A stretch of 60,097 nt of DNA, counting the filler, from Sphacelaria rigidula (Eukaryota), in NCBI GenBank assembly GCA_964200075.2. It is 8 parts of 8 records of this genome, joined end to end, with 100 filler letters (N's around TTAATTAATTAA, not from the genome) between each part and the next. Parts side by side here need not be neighbours in the genome. Positions count along the whole stretch, not along the records: positions 1 to 7,426 come from CAXNAA020014983.1; positions 7,527 to 14,952 come from CAXNAA020014984.1; 6 more parts are not named here. One strand, given 5' to 3'. The notes under the pieces were generated by a model. It had not been told where the DNA came from. It ran no database searches and saw only the letters and a list, made by a program, of their open reading frames with translations. The first letter of the stretch is position 1. Each line of letters begins with the position of its first letter. The translations under genes were made by a program, and so were the position numbers. Positions 1 to 12,544 of the stretch are shown in pieces.

Positions 1-155
1 CGCAACACCCATGTCGTTCGAAGAGAATTTGCCGCTTGCAACAGAGAGGGAAATCGAGGCCCTGCCGGTACATATACTCATGCATATGCAGGGCACGTCA
101 TTCCTAACCATCCTCGTTGGTCGTTCTGGAGGTCCAGTCTCAAAAGGGTTAATGT

Positions 156-366
156 TGTAACGCGTGAGAGGACCGCGTGCTTAGAGGATCGCACCGTAGA
201 TCAAAATACCTCAGGATCGACGTTTTCCAAAATCAATCGGGTCAATTCCTGCAGGTACCACGCCCTTGAACCTAACCCCAACACTAACCCAAACCCTAAC
301 CCTAACCCTAGGGGTGTTAAAATGCCGATGCGGTCCTCTAAGCACGCGGTCCTCTCACGCATCACA
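156..366. mobile_element. MITE-like element with TGT...ACA termini, ~40-bp TIRs, 5-bp TSD and internal telomere-like (CCCTAA)n tract
   Basis: The 5' arm TGTAACGCGTGAGAGGACCGCGTGCTTAGAGGATCGCA is the near-perfect reverse complement of the 3' arm TGCGGTCCTCTAAGCACGCGGTCCTCTCACGCATCACA. AATGT flanks both sides (151-155, 367-371). CCCTAA-type repeats lie at ~270-310. A partial inverted copy is at ~22284-22392. Confidence 0.8.
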
Positions 367-639
367 AATGTGAAGATACAATGTTGGGGAATTTCGTTCA
401 TCAAAATCGACTGTCAGGTTTCGGAATCCCCCTAGTTCAAGCTCCAAAAAGGCACTTCTGCGGATTTTTTCTTTTGCCCCGTCAGAAGCGACCAAAAGAC
501 ACGTCCTAATGTACTCCGACATAAGCTATGAAGGAGAAAATCGCTGACGCTTTGTGTACCCAGTGAGTCGCACAAAGAACCCAACGCGTGCAGAGCGTGA
601 CGTGTACTGGTACAGACAACCTCATCGCAACTGTAGTAT

Positions 640-978
640 GCTCGTTTGGTTATCAGTTGGTAACCTCGAAATCTTCTGACGGTTGGGTCGTGGGTTGAAT
701 CCTCGGAGCAATCTGGGGTTTGTTCTCACACCATGCCCAACAGTGGAGAGCGACTGCGTCGTGGGTACACAAAATTCGACTGTACGGACGCCGAGGGAGA
801 GGGAATGCGACCCTCTCGCGAAAAAAAAGAACAAGGCAAGCACCGCAAGAGGAAGGCGAGAGGGTACTACAAACAAAGAAAGCCCCTGCGTTCACCTTCC
901 TGTGTGATCCCAGCTGCTGTGCGCCCACATGCAGTACACCGAAAGGTGTAGACCGGCACCCAGAATAGATGGGGCGAC

Positions 979-1041
<63 letters not shown>
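640..1041 (+). mobile_element. Putative tRNA-derived SINE with (CA)n tail
   Basis: A-box-like TGGTTATCAGTTGG and B-box-like GGTTGAATCC (693-702). The body CATGCCCAACAGTGGAGAGCGACT..GTCGTGGGTACACAAAATT is shared with a second copy at 14749-14952. It ends in ~30 CA repeats. Confidence 0.6.
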
Positions 1042-1044
<3 letters not shown>

Positions 1045-1547
1045 GTGCGCCGTGCCCTGTTTACAACATCTGTCCGCTCTGGCAAAGCTTCAGGTCTTTC
1101 GCGTGGGAAGAAATCGAGGTCGTGTCATCCCCAGGTTCGGTCATCTACATTCCCACCAAAAAAATGGACACAGAACCCAGATGACCGACTGTGGCGGTTT
1201 TAACATGAAGATGTGGAACTGGCGGCAGCGAGAGGTCACACTTTCCAAAGGTCTCGTGGAATCTGATCCTCTGGCTATACCCATAGACAAAGGGAAGGAA
1301 GGCAGTGGGCAGGGGGAGGGGGGGACACACACTGTGTATAGTATACAGTGCTGCACTCTGCTGTACAACACTTACCCTGTCCTATACGTTTTGGTTAGGC
1401 TTGGTTCACCTATGAAAATATGTCCCTGAACCTCACTCTCTGAGAATCATCACTTGTTTTCCCACCGCACTCTCTGAACAAGGCTTGAGAATACTCACAA
1501 AATATCTGGATTTATTTGCTGTAATCTACTGCACGAATCAATCCTTG

Positions 1548-1767
1548 CACACGCGGCCATTTGGCTACAGCCCAAAATGCCTCCGGAGAGATGCGCGGCA
1601 CTCCAGGGGGAAAACAAGCCTCCGGAGGCCTTCAATCCTTTTGGACGAAATCAAACTCTACCGACCCGGAGGGGCGCGCACCCCTCCGGAGAAATTTAAT
1701 ACCTCTCGAGGCTCGAGAAGTTTACCCACCTGGAGGACTTCGGGAGGTAGCCAAATGGCCGCGTGTG
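1548..1767. mobile_element. MITE with CACACGCGGCCATTTGGCTAC TIRs (copy 1)
   Basis: Perfect 21-bp terminal inverted repeat (GTAGCCAAATGGCCGCGTGTG at 1747-1767), with internal CCTCCGGAGG-type palindromes. Confidence 0.7.
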
Positions 1768-3266
1768 GGGGCTTTGTTGTCGGCACGGAGTTCATGGGTA
1801 CGGGTCGTTATATATTTATAAAATTGAAATCAGCTATTTTTTAGCTGTTTTCCATTATTCCCGAACGGATTTAACCCTGGACTTCTATGTTGATGAACAC
1901 ACGTGCGCTACTCAAGCCCCATGTACCGCAGAGAGGTCAATAAGATTGAATTGTATGTTTTTTTTTTCTGTCAAGGCCCGGTCTGGGCTTCATTTCCCTC
2001 CGCTAGCTGGCTACAGCCCACAACAGTTCAGTACAGTGATGATATTTTCGCAAGCACCATGCCATTATGGAACAAGCTTATTCGGTATACCTCCGAAGAG
2101 GCGCGGTGCTCTAGCACACGGGATCGCACACGCAAGACAGATACAGGTTTGCGTTAGCTGTCCAATGTCCCGTGTGTAGAATGCTTGGTCGTCTTCGCCA
2201 CTGCATCTCTAAACAATTTCTGCCGCGGTACCATCTGTATCTTTACCGCAAGATGCGCCAACCCTGGCCAGGCGGTGAGAATCGCGTGAGTATACTGTCT
2301 GTACGGCACCGATCAACACGAGCCATCCCGAACTAAAGCACGACGTCCAACAATAGAGAGCTACAGTAGCAGCATTGATGCCGGTATAGTCCCTTTTGGG
2401 GGCTATCCCACTCGGGAGCATAAAACAACGCACAGCGACAACGATAGCAACGTCTTATCCCATGCCCAGCATCCAAAGCCGTGCAGGATACAGGAGGCGA
2501 AAGCTAACTAAGCGCAAAAATGGAGACTGCAACGCCAACATCCGCCACCGCAATCATACCGCAGGCACGACGACGCTCATTGCGAAGGTTGGATACGCCA
2601 ACCCGTACACAGAAACACGAAGCACTCCTTGTGGGGCCGCTGGTGTCCTCGATACCATTTTTCCGCAACACAGTCCTGTACTGTGGCTGCGGTGGCTGTG
2701 GGAACCAGAAGGCCCGTCAACACAAGTGTGACGGAGTTAATACTAAAATCAAGTTTACGTTATATAATAATGCGTTACAGTACAATGTAGAGGGTCTGGT
2801 AATAATTCAAATCAAATTCCTTGAAATTAGAGTATGCGTTGTATAATTTGACCCGTACCCGTGGGCCCGCCGCCTTGTGTTCAGCGTTGTACTCTATGTA
2901 GGCGGACCCTAGGCACGTGGAGCAGCGTGGAGCATGCCTGGAGATTTTTTTTGACCCGCGGTCAGCCCCCCCCTTCCCCTCTTTCGAGCAGTCAGGCCCG
3001 AGAAGAGTATATTTTGTGATTCGACCCAGCGGTAGTTCATCCGGTCCTTAGAAAATGATGCCGAAGCAACTGATGACCCGCCTGGGGGGCATGTAAGCCC
3101 AAGAATTAAAGCATGACCTCTGTCCTCGTGAGCGGATGTTGTGGAGACGGCACGGAGGACATGACAGTATCGATGCGGTAGAGCTCAGCACAAACAGAAA
3201 ATCAATGCGGTCGCCGTGATGCTGTATGTTTCTGTACACGCCACGCTCTTTACCTTGGGTTCTCCA

Positions 3267-3593
3267 CACACGCGACCATTTGGCCACCCCTCGAAATTCC
3301 TCCAGAGCGGTCAATTCTTCGAGCTTTCAGAGGAATTCAACGCCCCCGTAGGGACGTGCGGCCCTTCGGCGAAGGAATTGTTTGGTTTCCTCCAGAAGGA
3401 TTAAACGCCTCCGGAGGCTTGTTCTGCCTCTCGAGGGCCGCGCATCCCTCCAGAGGCATTTTGCCATCCCCTAATTCCTCCGGAGGGGTGTACGGCCCTA
3501 CAAGGGGTGTTTTTTGGTTTCCTCCGGAGGGTTTTCAAGGCCTTCGGAGGCCCTGGAAGCATTTTGGAGGGATCTGCCAAATAGCCGCTTGTG
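3267..3593. mobile_element. MITE of the CACACGCG..CATTTGG family (copy 2)
   Basis: Starts CACACGCGACCATTTGGC and ends GCCAAATAGCCGCTTGTG. It contains multiple CCTCCGGAGG-type internal repeats like 1548-1767. Confidence 0.6.
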
Positions 3594-3619
3594 ATGTGTT
3601 ATGTTGGGGCTCGGATTCC

Positions 3620-4210
3620 AGTATACAGGGGTCTTTTCCCGGGTATTTTTTGTACCCGACAGTTCTCAGACTTCTGTACGACTTTCATACCGGTACCCGA
3701 CAGTTCTTGAAACTCTGTAAGACTGCCGTACCCTTACCCGATAGTTCTGTGAGTTCTGCAAGCCTCATGTACCGTTTTCGGCGGGGGCACGGGCATGCTC
3801 ATCTTGGTAAGATACACGGGTGCGGGTACGGTTTTGAGTGCTGCATTCATACCCTACCGGACAGTTCTGTGAGTTCTGTATAGAATGTGTATCCGTACCT
3901 GGAGCGCAGGTATGTCCTCGGAGAAATACCTGATTGCCTGTGTAAACCCCCGTACCGTTATCGGCGACTTCCTCAACTCCCGACAAGTTATCGACGGTTT
4001 ACACAATACAGAATTTACACAACTCCCGTACCGTTATCGGTCGTTTCCTGAAAGCCGCGCAAACCCTACCCGACAAGTTGTGTAAATTCTGTACGACTTT
4101 CGTTCCGCTACCCGACAGTTTTGTAATTTCTGGAAGACTTTCATACCGGTCCCGATATTTCTGTACGTTCTGCAAAGGAACCTCCTACCCTACAGAACAT
4201 ACCCGTACAC
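3620..4210. repeat. Array of short TACCCGACAGTTCTGT-like repeats (probable non-autonomous transposon interior)
   Basis: Repeated motifs such as GTACCCGACAGTTCT, TACCCGATAGTTCTGTGAGTTCTG and TACCCGACAAGTT occur in both orientations. Confidence 0.55.
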
Positions 4211-4229
4211 TACTGAACAATGCCTCGCA

Positions 4230-4720
4230 AATTTCCATGCTCGCTTACTTCCCTTCCATGTATGATGCACTTTTTCAAGTTATGAAGAGAAAATTGCTGC
4301 CGCATTGTGTACCTAGCCGCACGCACAGCCGTTGAGAAAAAATACGAGACCGGGGGGGGAGATACCTGCTGTGTCCCTGGTTTGGTCAAGTTGAAGTTTA
4401 TCAATTTTCATGAAATTATGCCGAAGCAACAAATAACCCACGCTGGGGGTGACCCGTTCTCGATTTTCCCTCAAGAAACGAAGCTGAGGTTGTCTCAGTG
4501 GGCGGATGCTGCAGGGACGGCACGGTGCACATGACGGTGCTTATAGGCTCAAACAGAACGGATCGAGTAAATATCGGTATGGTGTTGTCTGATTCTGAAC
4601 ACGCCACGCTCTCTAACTTGGGTTTTCCGTGCGGCTGGGTACGGAAAGCCGCAGCTCTCTTCTTTTCATAATTTGAAGGGGTGCATCATACACGATTGGA
4701 AGTAAGCGAGCATGGAATTT
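4230..4720. repeat. ~90-bp inverted repeat pair (4230-4323 / 4628-4720)
   Basis: AATTTCCATGCTCGCTTACTTCC...TGTATGATGCAC...TTATGAA...GTACCTAGCCGCACG matches the reverse complement of 4628-4720. Confidence 0.65.
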
Positions 4721-7025
4721 CGAGGTTCGATATTTGAATTCAAAAAGCACGCTCTTCCATTTCCGAGCTAGCACTGGAAGGTCACGCAGACGAAAACGAC
4801 GTCGCCCACGCGATGAGAGTGAGGGAAGGTTGAAGTTTGCTGTGCGTAGTGCGGGTTTGGAAACCATACTACTGTACTGTCTGTGCTGACTGTTGTTCTT
4901 GTTTGTTCCGCGAAGACAGCTGGAATCTCTCCGATGAACAGTAGTACAGGTACACAAGACGACGAATGATATGCGAATTACGAGTCGCAGTAAAGTGTCC
5001 ATGAGATATGAAGCGTGGACAAACACATGTTCCTGGACTACATGGAATTGTGCAACTCCATACCGTGGGTCAAGACGACCGCACGGCCGATTCACAACTG
5101 TGATCCTATAGTCAGAATGAACCGAGACGCCTCAACGATTCGCCGTGCATTACACCAGGTCAGGTGCCTTTCTTGTGAGGGCATCCAATGAATTTGAAAC
5201 ATGATTTTGCAGGCGCAGTACTTTCAGAAGTAGGCAAGTGTAGTCATGTCATGACGAGAAAGGTTATCACCTCACCTCTTTTGGTGTTATGGTGGCCACT
5301 GATCCCGATGTCGCCTTCCCCCACACGTTATTTTGCAACGAGTAAGCCGAGAGAATCCAATGGTTGTTGTGGAAATGGTGGGTCTGCCTGGCGCCCCGCC
5401 TATACTCAACACTCGTGCCACACGTAGCGCTGTCATTTTCGCCACGTATTGTACAGGTATCGATTTTCGAACCAACCTCAAACGAACGCCTCCATATTGT
5501 TTTGACGGCGAGTATATGACCGATATGGATGGAGGTCGCCAACGCCTCCAACGCCAAATTTACATTTAATATATGGGACGACAACACAACACACACAGTC
5601 AGACCTCTTTTCGCCTCGTTGCGCACGGCTGCGACGTGCAACCCCAGATTGAAGAACATAGACATGTGGACTCTGGTTTACTTCATATGTGGCCAAAGTT
5701 TCAGCGCGCTCTCAAAAGCCTACAGTGTTCTTTCGAATGATGAGCCGGCGCTCAACGGGCTAAGTTATACTCTAGAGGAATAACCGGGGAGCTCTCGGGT
5801 GTTTGAGTTAGGCATGTTTTCGCTTCCAGGATACATAGGAGTGCGAACCTATCGGTAGTTTGTACAGCAAGTATTTGCCTGGCTCCTTTTGCATCACTGC
5901 TGAATGGAGACGTCCGGCTCTCTCCAGGATATACAGATTAATACGTTTGTGCCGAGTTGCGCTCACTACAATACGCTCCTCTTTGTTACTGATACGGTAT
6001 TTTCGTATTTTCGGTCTGAACCATACCGCCTTCTTGTGCGCTGAATCGTAGTCGATCCGTGTGTGTATCCACGCTGCTACTGTCTTTTTCGTACTGTTGC
6101 TGTCTACTGCTGCTGTCTATTATAGTGTGTGCTGGGATTCGAAACGACAAATGATGTGCCACTCAAGATGAAGAAGGCGCTTGCTGACATCATCACCAGG
6201 AAATTGCCTGCCGGGTATCGCCCAGCGCGTGCTTTTCAAGAGCAACTTTTTCGATCCTATTTGTCACCTATGCATGGAAGACTCTGGCATATTTCGGCGT
6301 AAATTTATCCCGAAAATGGAAAGATCCCAAAAGCATCCTCTTTGAACGCAAAACGTGTGGGCGTTCATACCACAGTAAAGACAGTGACCGAGAAAGCAAG
6401 GCCCAGAAAAGATTGGCACGATCCGTAATCTACAGTGATACCGAGCTGTACAGTTCTTTGCTCAAACGACCATGATGAAGAAGTTTGCGCTGAAATCATG
6501 CCGAAGTAGGCCAATCCCGACGATGATTTCGCGACGTCAACAGCTACGTGCATGTCCATGCCAACTTGTGTGCGTCTGTCACATCGATCTGAAGATTTGA
6601 AAACAACGGGTGGATATCCCGGGCACTACTGTATATTCCGTATTTTGTCGTGCTAAACAGTCGGTGTATCCGCGTGCGATGAGCGTGTCAGTTCATTATT
6701 CCCTACCCACGAAATCAATTTGGCCCACATTCTGAATCTATCCCGAGAGAATTCCCCGTAATAGCAAGAAACAAGTCAGGTCGACCGCTGAATCGATCGC
6801 GGCGCTGAAACGAGTCCCGCCGGAGAAAGTTCCCGACCACAACCTGCTGCCTACGCCACCCGCCCACCCCCATTCAGTCGCACAGGATCCCTACTTCACA
6901 GACTCACAAAAGAGAATCGGAAAATATCTTGGGACCATCCACTTTTCCTCCCGAAGAACAGGAGCGCGCTACGCCATCAGCAATCTGCAATCACGGATAT
7001 CACCACAGCCGACAACGTTTCGCAG

Positions 7026-7168
7026 GATCGAGCAACGACAGTAGCATGAAGGGTCGCCGTTCGATGCTGTTAACGATTTCGGCGGGGCAAATCGTCCTCG
7101 GCAGTGTGATGACTGGTGGGGAAGCGACATATGCCCGCGCTAACGAGTGCAGCTACCGCACCCTCAAG
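7026..7168 (+). CDS. Internal exon of an unknown gene, with a possible twin-arginine (thylakoid Tat-like) signal segment
   Basis: Acceptor tcgcag and donor AAG/gtcagc. The open frame reads SSNDSSMKGRRSMLLTISAGQIVLGSVMTGGEATYARANECSYRTLK: RR, then a hydrophobic stretch, then A-x-A. Confidence 0.45.
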
Positions 7169-7426
7169 GTCAGCAACGTCATATGCAACTGAAGCACTAC
7201 TGTATATCGCGATTCTAGTAGTCATACAACTGTGCGCTACCATGTGCTGTTGTTTCTCAGAGCGGTCTCTTGCGTAAACCCCGCTTACAAATATTATAGC
7301 TGGCCAGATTACGCTGCCGTGTTGATGCTCTCCGTCCCCCTGTATTGCGTGAGAAGACTGCTCATGTGAACAGGTACACTGGGTGAACATGCACACGTAT
7401 GGATATAATTATGCGGATGTGCGGGT

Positions 7427-7526
7427 NNNNNNNNNNNNNNNNNNNNNNNNNNNNNNNNNNNNNNNNNNNNTTAATTAATTAANNNNNNNNNNNNNNNNNN
7501 NNNNNNNNNNNNNNNNNNNNNNNNNN
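7427..7526. other. Artificial contig spacer (N44-TTAATTAATTAA-N44); repeated at 14953-15052, 22478-22577, 30002-30101, 37526-37625, 45050-45149, 52574-52673
   Basis: Identical 100-nt linker with stops in all six frames, placed about every 7,525 bp. Confidence 0.98.
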
Positions 7527-10500
7527 GTCTCTCTCCGGTTCTCATGTGTGGCTGTGTTTGGGCGTTTGCCAATTGACCACGCATCCTTTTGGGGGCGGGG
7601 GGGGGGGGATGTGAGGAGTGAGCCGAGAGTGATCGTGGCGACGGAGGCGTATGGTCATACGCAACGTGCGATGTGTTAAACTGCTCATCGTTACACCCTT
7701 TGAAATGCTACGTGTGTCGTCATCCCAGTCCCCGAAGAAGAACATGGTCGTGAGGTGGGCAGGCGCGAAGACAGTAGTGCTGGCGGTGGTCGCGGGCGGG
7801 TGGGAACGGGCGGGAACGGGCGGGAACGGGGGGCCATGGGCGCGGTAGCGGCAGCGGCGGGAGTGGGGCTGGCGACGACGGCGGCGACGGAAGCATGTGG
7901 TATTGCTCAGAATGTAATGGGCAGGATTGGCCAGCGTGAAACCCTACCCGGTGCTGTGTGGGCAACCTCCTAGGGTCTCCATTGGTGTGCAAGGTGCGCA
8001 AGTCGAGTAGCATCAGGTGGCAGTATTATGTCGTTGGTGGTATGATGTGCCAGATTTTCGCGCCGAAAAAAAAGTAGCTTGGCAGATGTATATAGGGCCA
8101 GATTGTTGGACAATGGTACCCCCCTTTGGTCGTGCCCATGTGTGCGTGTGTCGTCGCCAAAGATCTCGATGTTGCGTTTCGCTCTTCGATATCTCGTCCG
8201 CATTGATATGGCGCGACAATAGTCCAATTTTAGTCTAAGGAGCCGTACATGGGGATGACTTCGTGAGCAATGCTACGGTAGGGGTTGTACGTTTTGTTTC
8301 TGGGCCTCTTTTTTGTAGGAGCCTAAATATATGGGGCTTGCTGTCCAACCCGAATCACGGGGACCGGACTCCCAGAAACATGGTGTTCGCACGCAGGGGC
8401 TTATTCGTAAATCGGCATCATTTTAAGTGTTTTTCAAGATAAAATGATGCCGATTCTCAAAGTAATCCGTTCAACACGCCGAGCAGCCCCGAGAAACTTT
8501 TTCGCGGAAAAAGTGCAACCCCTACCGCAGTATTGCTCTTGTGGAGAGATAAGTTGTTTGCGCGCAACGGCAAAAGTTGGGGGAAAAAGCATCAGGCGGA
8601 GAACTAAGCAAGGGATAGGTTCTGCTTCACTGTATTGCAGTATATACACACCCACCCCCTCTCTCATGTGCTGTAGACGTCACTGTTCTGCGGTGTATTT
8701 GCCTTTACGAAGACGGTGTGGTCTCCGTTAGGATTGCCTGAGCTGTTGTATGCTCCTTCTGTTCGTCTTTGTCGAAAATAATTTTAGCCGGCACCGAGTG
8801 CTGTTTGCACGCTGACTGATGAATTTTCCAAAGTGTGTTGCCTGTTTCGTCATCCGTAAAACGAACAAGGCACTGCCCAGACCCATCATTTGCGCGATAT
8901 CAAACATGGCTGGGTGGAGACTCAAGCAGCGCTGGTATACACCGCTCGATCCGCTGGTCTAGACCTCGTGCTCCGCTGAAAAAAGCTCAGCACGGCACGG
9001 GGCGGGTATATTGCGAAGCCAGAGTACTGGTTGCACCCGGCACGGCCACTGCTGCCAGCAGTCGCCAGGGCTCGTGGTCACGGAAAGACGTAACCAGCCA
9101 TACTAAGATACGGGTGTACTGATACACGAGCACCTTTTTGACCCCCTGCGGCGGTAATGTACCACTTGCTGTCTGCTTGTCTCCTTTTCGGCTTGCTACT
9201 TCGTTTCTCTGGTGCTGTTCTATCCGCCCGGGCGCGACTGTTCATTCATGTACTGTAATACGCACTGCAGGCGTGGCTCAAGGTTTCGAATCATTTGCAT
9301 TTTTCACTACATAGTTCACTACAAAGGTCGCATTTCATCGGCTCTATATTCCGCCGATTGCTTGCTGCAGAGCCTCTGCTTCATTGGATTTTCCATTTCA
9401 CTACGAAGATCAATCGCTATGTATGGGCGTTGTGCCAATTTTCATCAACAAAAATGGATATATTTGAAAGGAGAGATTCAGGACATTTTAATGGGTCCTT
9501 AGAGCTACGTCTGCCACATCTCTCACCGACTCCACTATATGGCATAAGCATTGTAGCCGCCACGTCGTTCTCCTGGAAGAACAGGTCGAGTGACGCTGTT
9601 CGCCTGGTATTGCTTGTAAGTTTGACATCATTATCAGAGAAATTACTTTGGTTACGACAACACAACATCCTGCTTCGCCAAGGTTTATTCGCAGTGAAAG
9701 ACGCAAAATGCCCCCTCCATTCCCGGTGTAAGCGCTAGGAGGTGGCAGTCGCCGTCTCTTTTAGATCTTCCACGAGGAGTTGACACCACTGATGTACGAT
9801 CGACGAAAATTTGTTAAAAACGTGGTTGATGACGAAAAGGGCAGAAGGTTCGTTGGGTATTTGAGAAATCGTGCGCTGACCAAAATAGAAAAATCCGATG
9901 GGCTTGTGGAAGTCCCCAGTGCTCCCAAGAGCTATACTAATACTGCTCATGCAATGAAGAGGCGCTAGTCGGGCGCCGATGCTACGCGTAAGGGACTGCG
10001 TCATTTGTCGCCTATCTGCTTGTTGTTTCTTCGGCGTTCCCTGCCCGTGGCTGGTAGTTGATGCTCATCAGCTGTGACCATTTCCGTTTTTTCAGCCATT
10101 TTACGTAAATGAGGAAGCTTTGTGCAACTATACTCCCATCAACAATACAAACGTGAGGAAACGTTATGGGGGTACAATATTGATGAGATGGCTCAACTTG
10201 TACATACAAACACACAAACAGCGTTTTGCCGTGTCCACTTATGTAACCGCAATATCTCGGCAAACCTCTCTGTCCCTCGTTTACGCCGTGGTGAGAGCAG
10301 GAAATTGACGCGCTTGTGCTCGCATGAGCGACGTAGCGAAGGACTGTATGCTAACTACTGAAAAAGGATCATGGAGCCATTAGCTTTTGGGTTCGTATCG
10401 TGCAACTTTATGATCACCTGATTCCACCTCGTGTACCGTTTGCATGTATGTTCTGTAGAGTAGTCCACCCCTAGTACACGGCAGGTGCGCATGATGAGCT

Positions 10501-11021
10501 GTCTGTTGGTACAGGAGATATGGATATGCGGTTGACATGAGATTAGGTCGTGGGATAGTCTCTGGAGTATAATTATGGCTGCTTGACATATGATGTGTGT
10601 GTGCGGGTGTGCATTGTCATTTCCGGTCTAACGAAGACAACTGTTTGTATAACCGCTTCGTATTGAAGCCTCTGAAGCCCTGCTTGGGAGGAAGCGTTTG
10701 AAGCAAGCACTGAGACCTTGGTCTGAATCCAGACAAGTCTGCAATACAAGTTTATTCAGGAAGCTTGTGGGTTCTGAACGGAGTCGCTGAACCCTGCAAA
10801 AACGCGAGGATGCTAGTTAAATAACAGGGGGGGAAGACGCAACGGTGAACGGGTGCAGGAAGCCATTGAAGATGGCATCAGGCAAGGAATCTAGGAAGTA
10901 CTTCAAAACGTGGTGAGAACTGCGTGAAAAAGAGGTGCTGTATTCGCCGTAGTGTGGTGACATATCTCGTCTTGGTGTACGGGCAGAGTTGCTGTGCTTG
11001 TAATCGGGAGGCAGCTGAATT

Positions 11022-11431
11022 TTGTTTGTTGAAATGGATGCATCTGAGGCAGCAGCTGGTGTAAAAAAGGCACTGGCTGCTCGGTCTGAATCAACTACGA
11101 GGCGCCGAGTACAAGGCCAATGGAGCTCCCTGAACGCATCTTTCGAGGACAATCAGGGTGCTGCCCGTGCATTTCGCTATCGAGACCGTACCTTCAAGGC
11201 AGGCATGGCACACACCGTCACCAGAGCCATGCTTGCCGGCATGATCCCTGTAGAGTTGAAGAACACAGTCCAAAACAGGCTAGGCTCGAAGGGGGGGTGG
11301 CAGGAAAGCCCAAAAGAGGTGTACGATATAGCGCTTGCGGTGGCTAAACCATGGAAGATGAAAGAAGAGGACGATAGACCTAGCAGCACGCTCAACAAAG
11401 GTGCAGCAGCCCGGAGGGTGTCATATGGGCG
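11022..11431 (+). mobile_element. Possible Gag-like remnant of a Ty3/Gypsy element
   Basis: ORF fragment RAMLAGMIPVELKNTVQNRLGSKGGWQESPKEVYDIALAVAKPWKMKEE lies on the same strand as, and just upstream of, a Gypsy RNase H fragment. An inserted element separates them. Confidence 0.3.
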
Positions 11432-12544
11432 ATGGTCCTATCACGGGGAAGGTGCCCATCTGCTAAAAAATCTGGGCCAATTTTTTTCTCGTTGATTAAA
11501 CCCCATCTCTGGTAGTTCCTATACCGTGCGGACATAGCGTCTACACTAACGTCTATATGAAACCCCGAACGATGTATACAGGGGATGGTGACGCTTTTTG
11601 GTGTGGACATTTTCTGGAGCACGGGGAGACGATAGATACCCTTTCGTTCGCCTGATTCGTTGTCTACGTCGAGGTATGGCGCACAGAATATTCCACAATA
11701 AAATCAATATTGTACGAGCATAGGCACGAAATGCACTATATCTGAAGATCGCGTCTCAGTGTTTGAGAGTTGTGCTTTAAAATTTGGTGTGGAGAATCGC
11801 TAATGCATAATATATATATATATATTTATATATATGATCCCATTTTCTTCATTTCTTATTATTTTGTTTTCGTCTTTTTAGGAGATTTTTGAGGGAAAAT
11901 GAACAATGTTGTTAGACCTCACCTCAGTTTTGAAGCTCAATTTTTTCAATTGTGGTTTGTAACTCAGCCTTGAGAATCGCAATGGCATGCTCAATAAAAA
12001 GAAATGGGCCTCTAGTTTTGTTTTTGGGGAGTTCAGGGCGTTATCGTTGAAAAATGGTCGTTCCCATACTCAAACGACCTACACCAGTGAAGCAAGTAAA
12101 CGAATAACGTGACCCACTTTTTGGGGTCATGACGCCCTATCGAGGTCCCACACAAAATCTCACAATATGAACACCAAACGTGGGCCGGCCTGCAAAATAC
12201 TGTTTAAATTTTCGACCAACCTGGTAACGAAACGGCCCATTATCCCATCAACTTTTGGAGTTGGCCCCTGAAACTTTGTATGGACAATGAATAGGGCATA
12301 ATTGTAAAATCATATTTATCGACCCAAATATTTTTGTTTGTTCATGCGTTGGAGGCCATATTCACTTTCCAGGTCTCAAGCACATGTCGTTAAACCATGA
12401 GGAAAAACAGGCTTGAGCCAATAACATTTTTTTCAACCATGCCCTATTCATTGTCCATACCAAATTTCAGGGGACAACTCCAAAGTTGACGGGAGAACGG
12501 GCCTGCCAAACTGCAAATCCGCTTTTTCTAGGCTGGCCCAGCTC
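11432..12544 (+). mobile_element. Non-autonomous element (copy 1) with non-matching termini and a subterminal inverted repeat
   Basis: Both the 5' end ATGGTCCTATCACGGGGAAGGTGCCCATCTGC and the 3' end TCTAGGCTGGCCCAGCTC recur in reverse orientation at 19766-20514. There is an internal IR at ~12235-12300 / 12438-12503. Confidence 0.65.

Noticed and set aside
653-1429. ORFs with CVCV/THTH runs
   Set aside because: Produced by the (CA)n microsatellite.
7471-7482. Regularly spaced TTAATTAATTAA palindromes as a biological motif
   Set aside because: They are embedded in N runs as an assembly linker.
5100-10300. Decayed DNA-transposase ORFs at ~5200-5780 and ~9300-10300
   Set aside because: The composition is suggestive, but no diagnostic DDE or other family motif could be identified.
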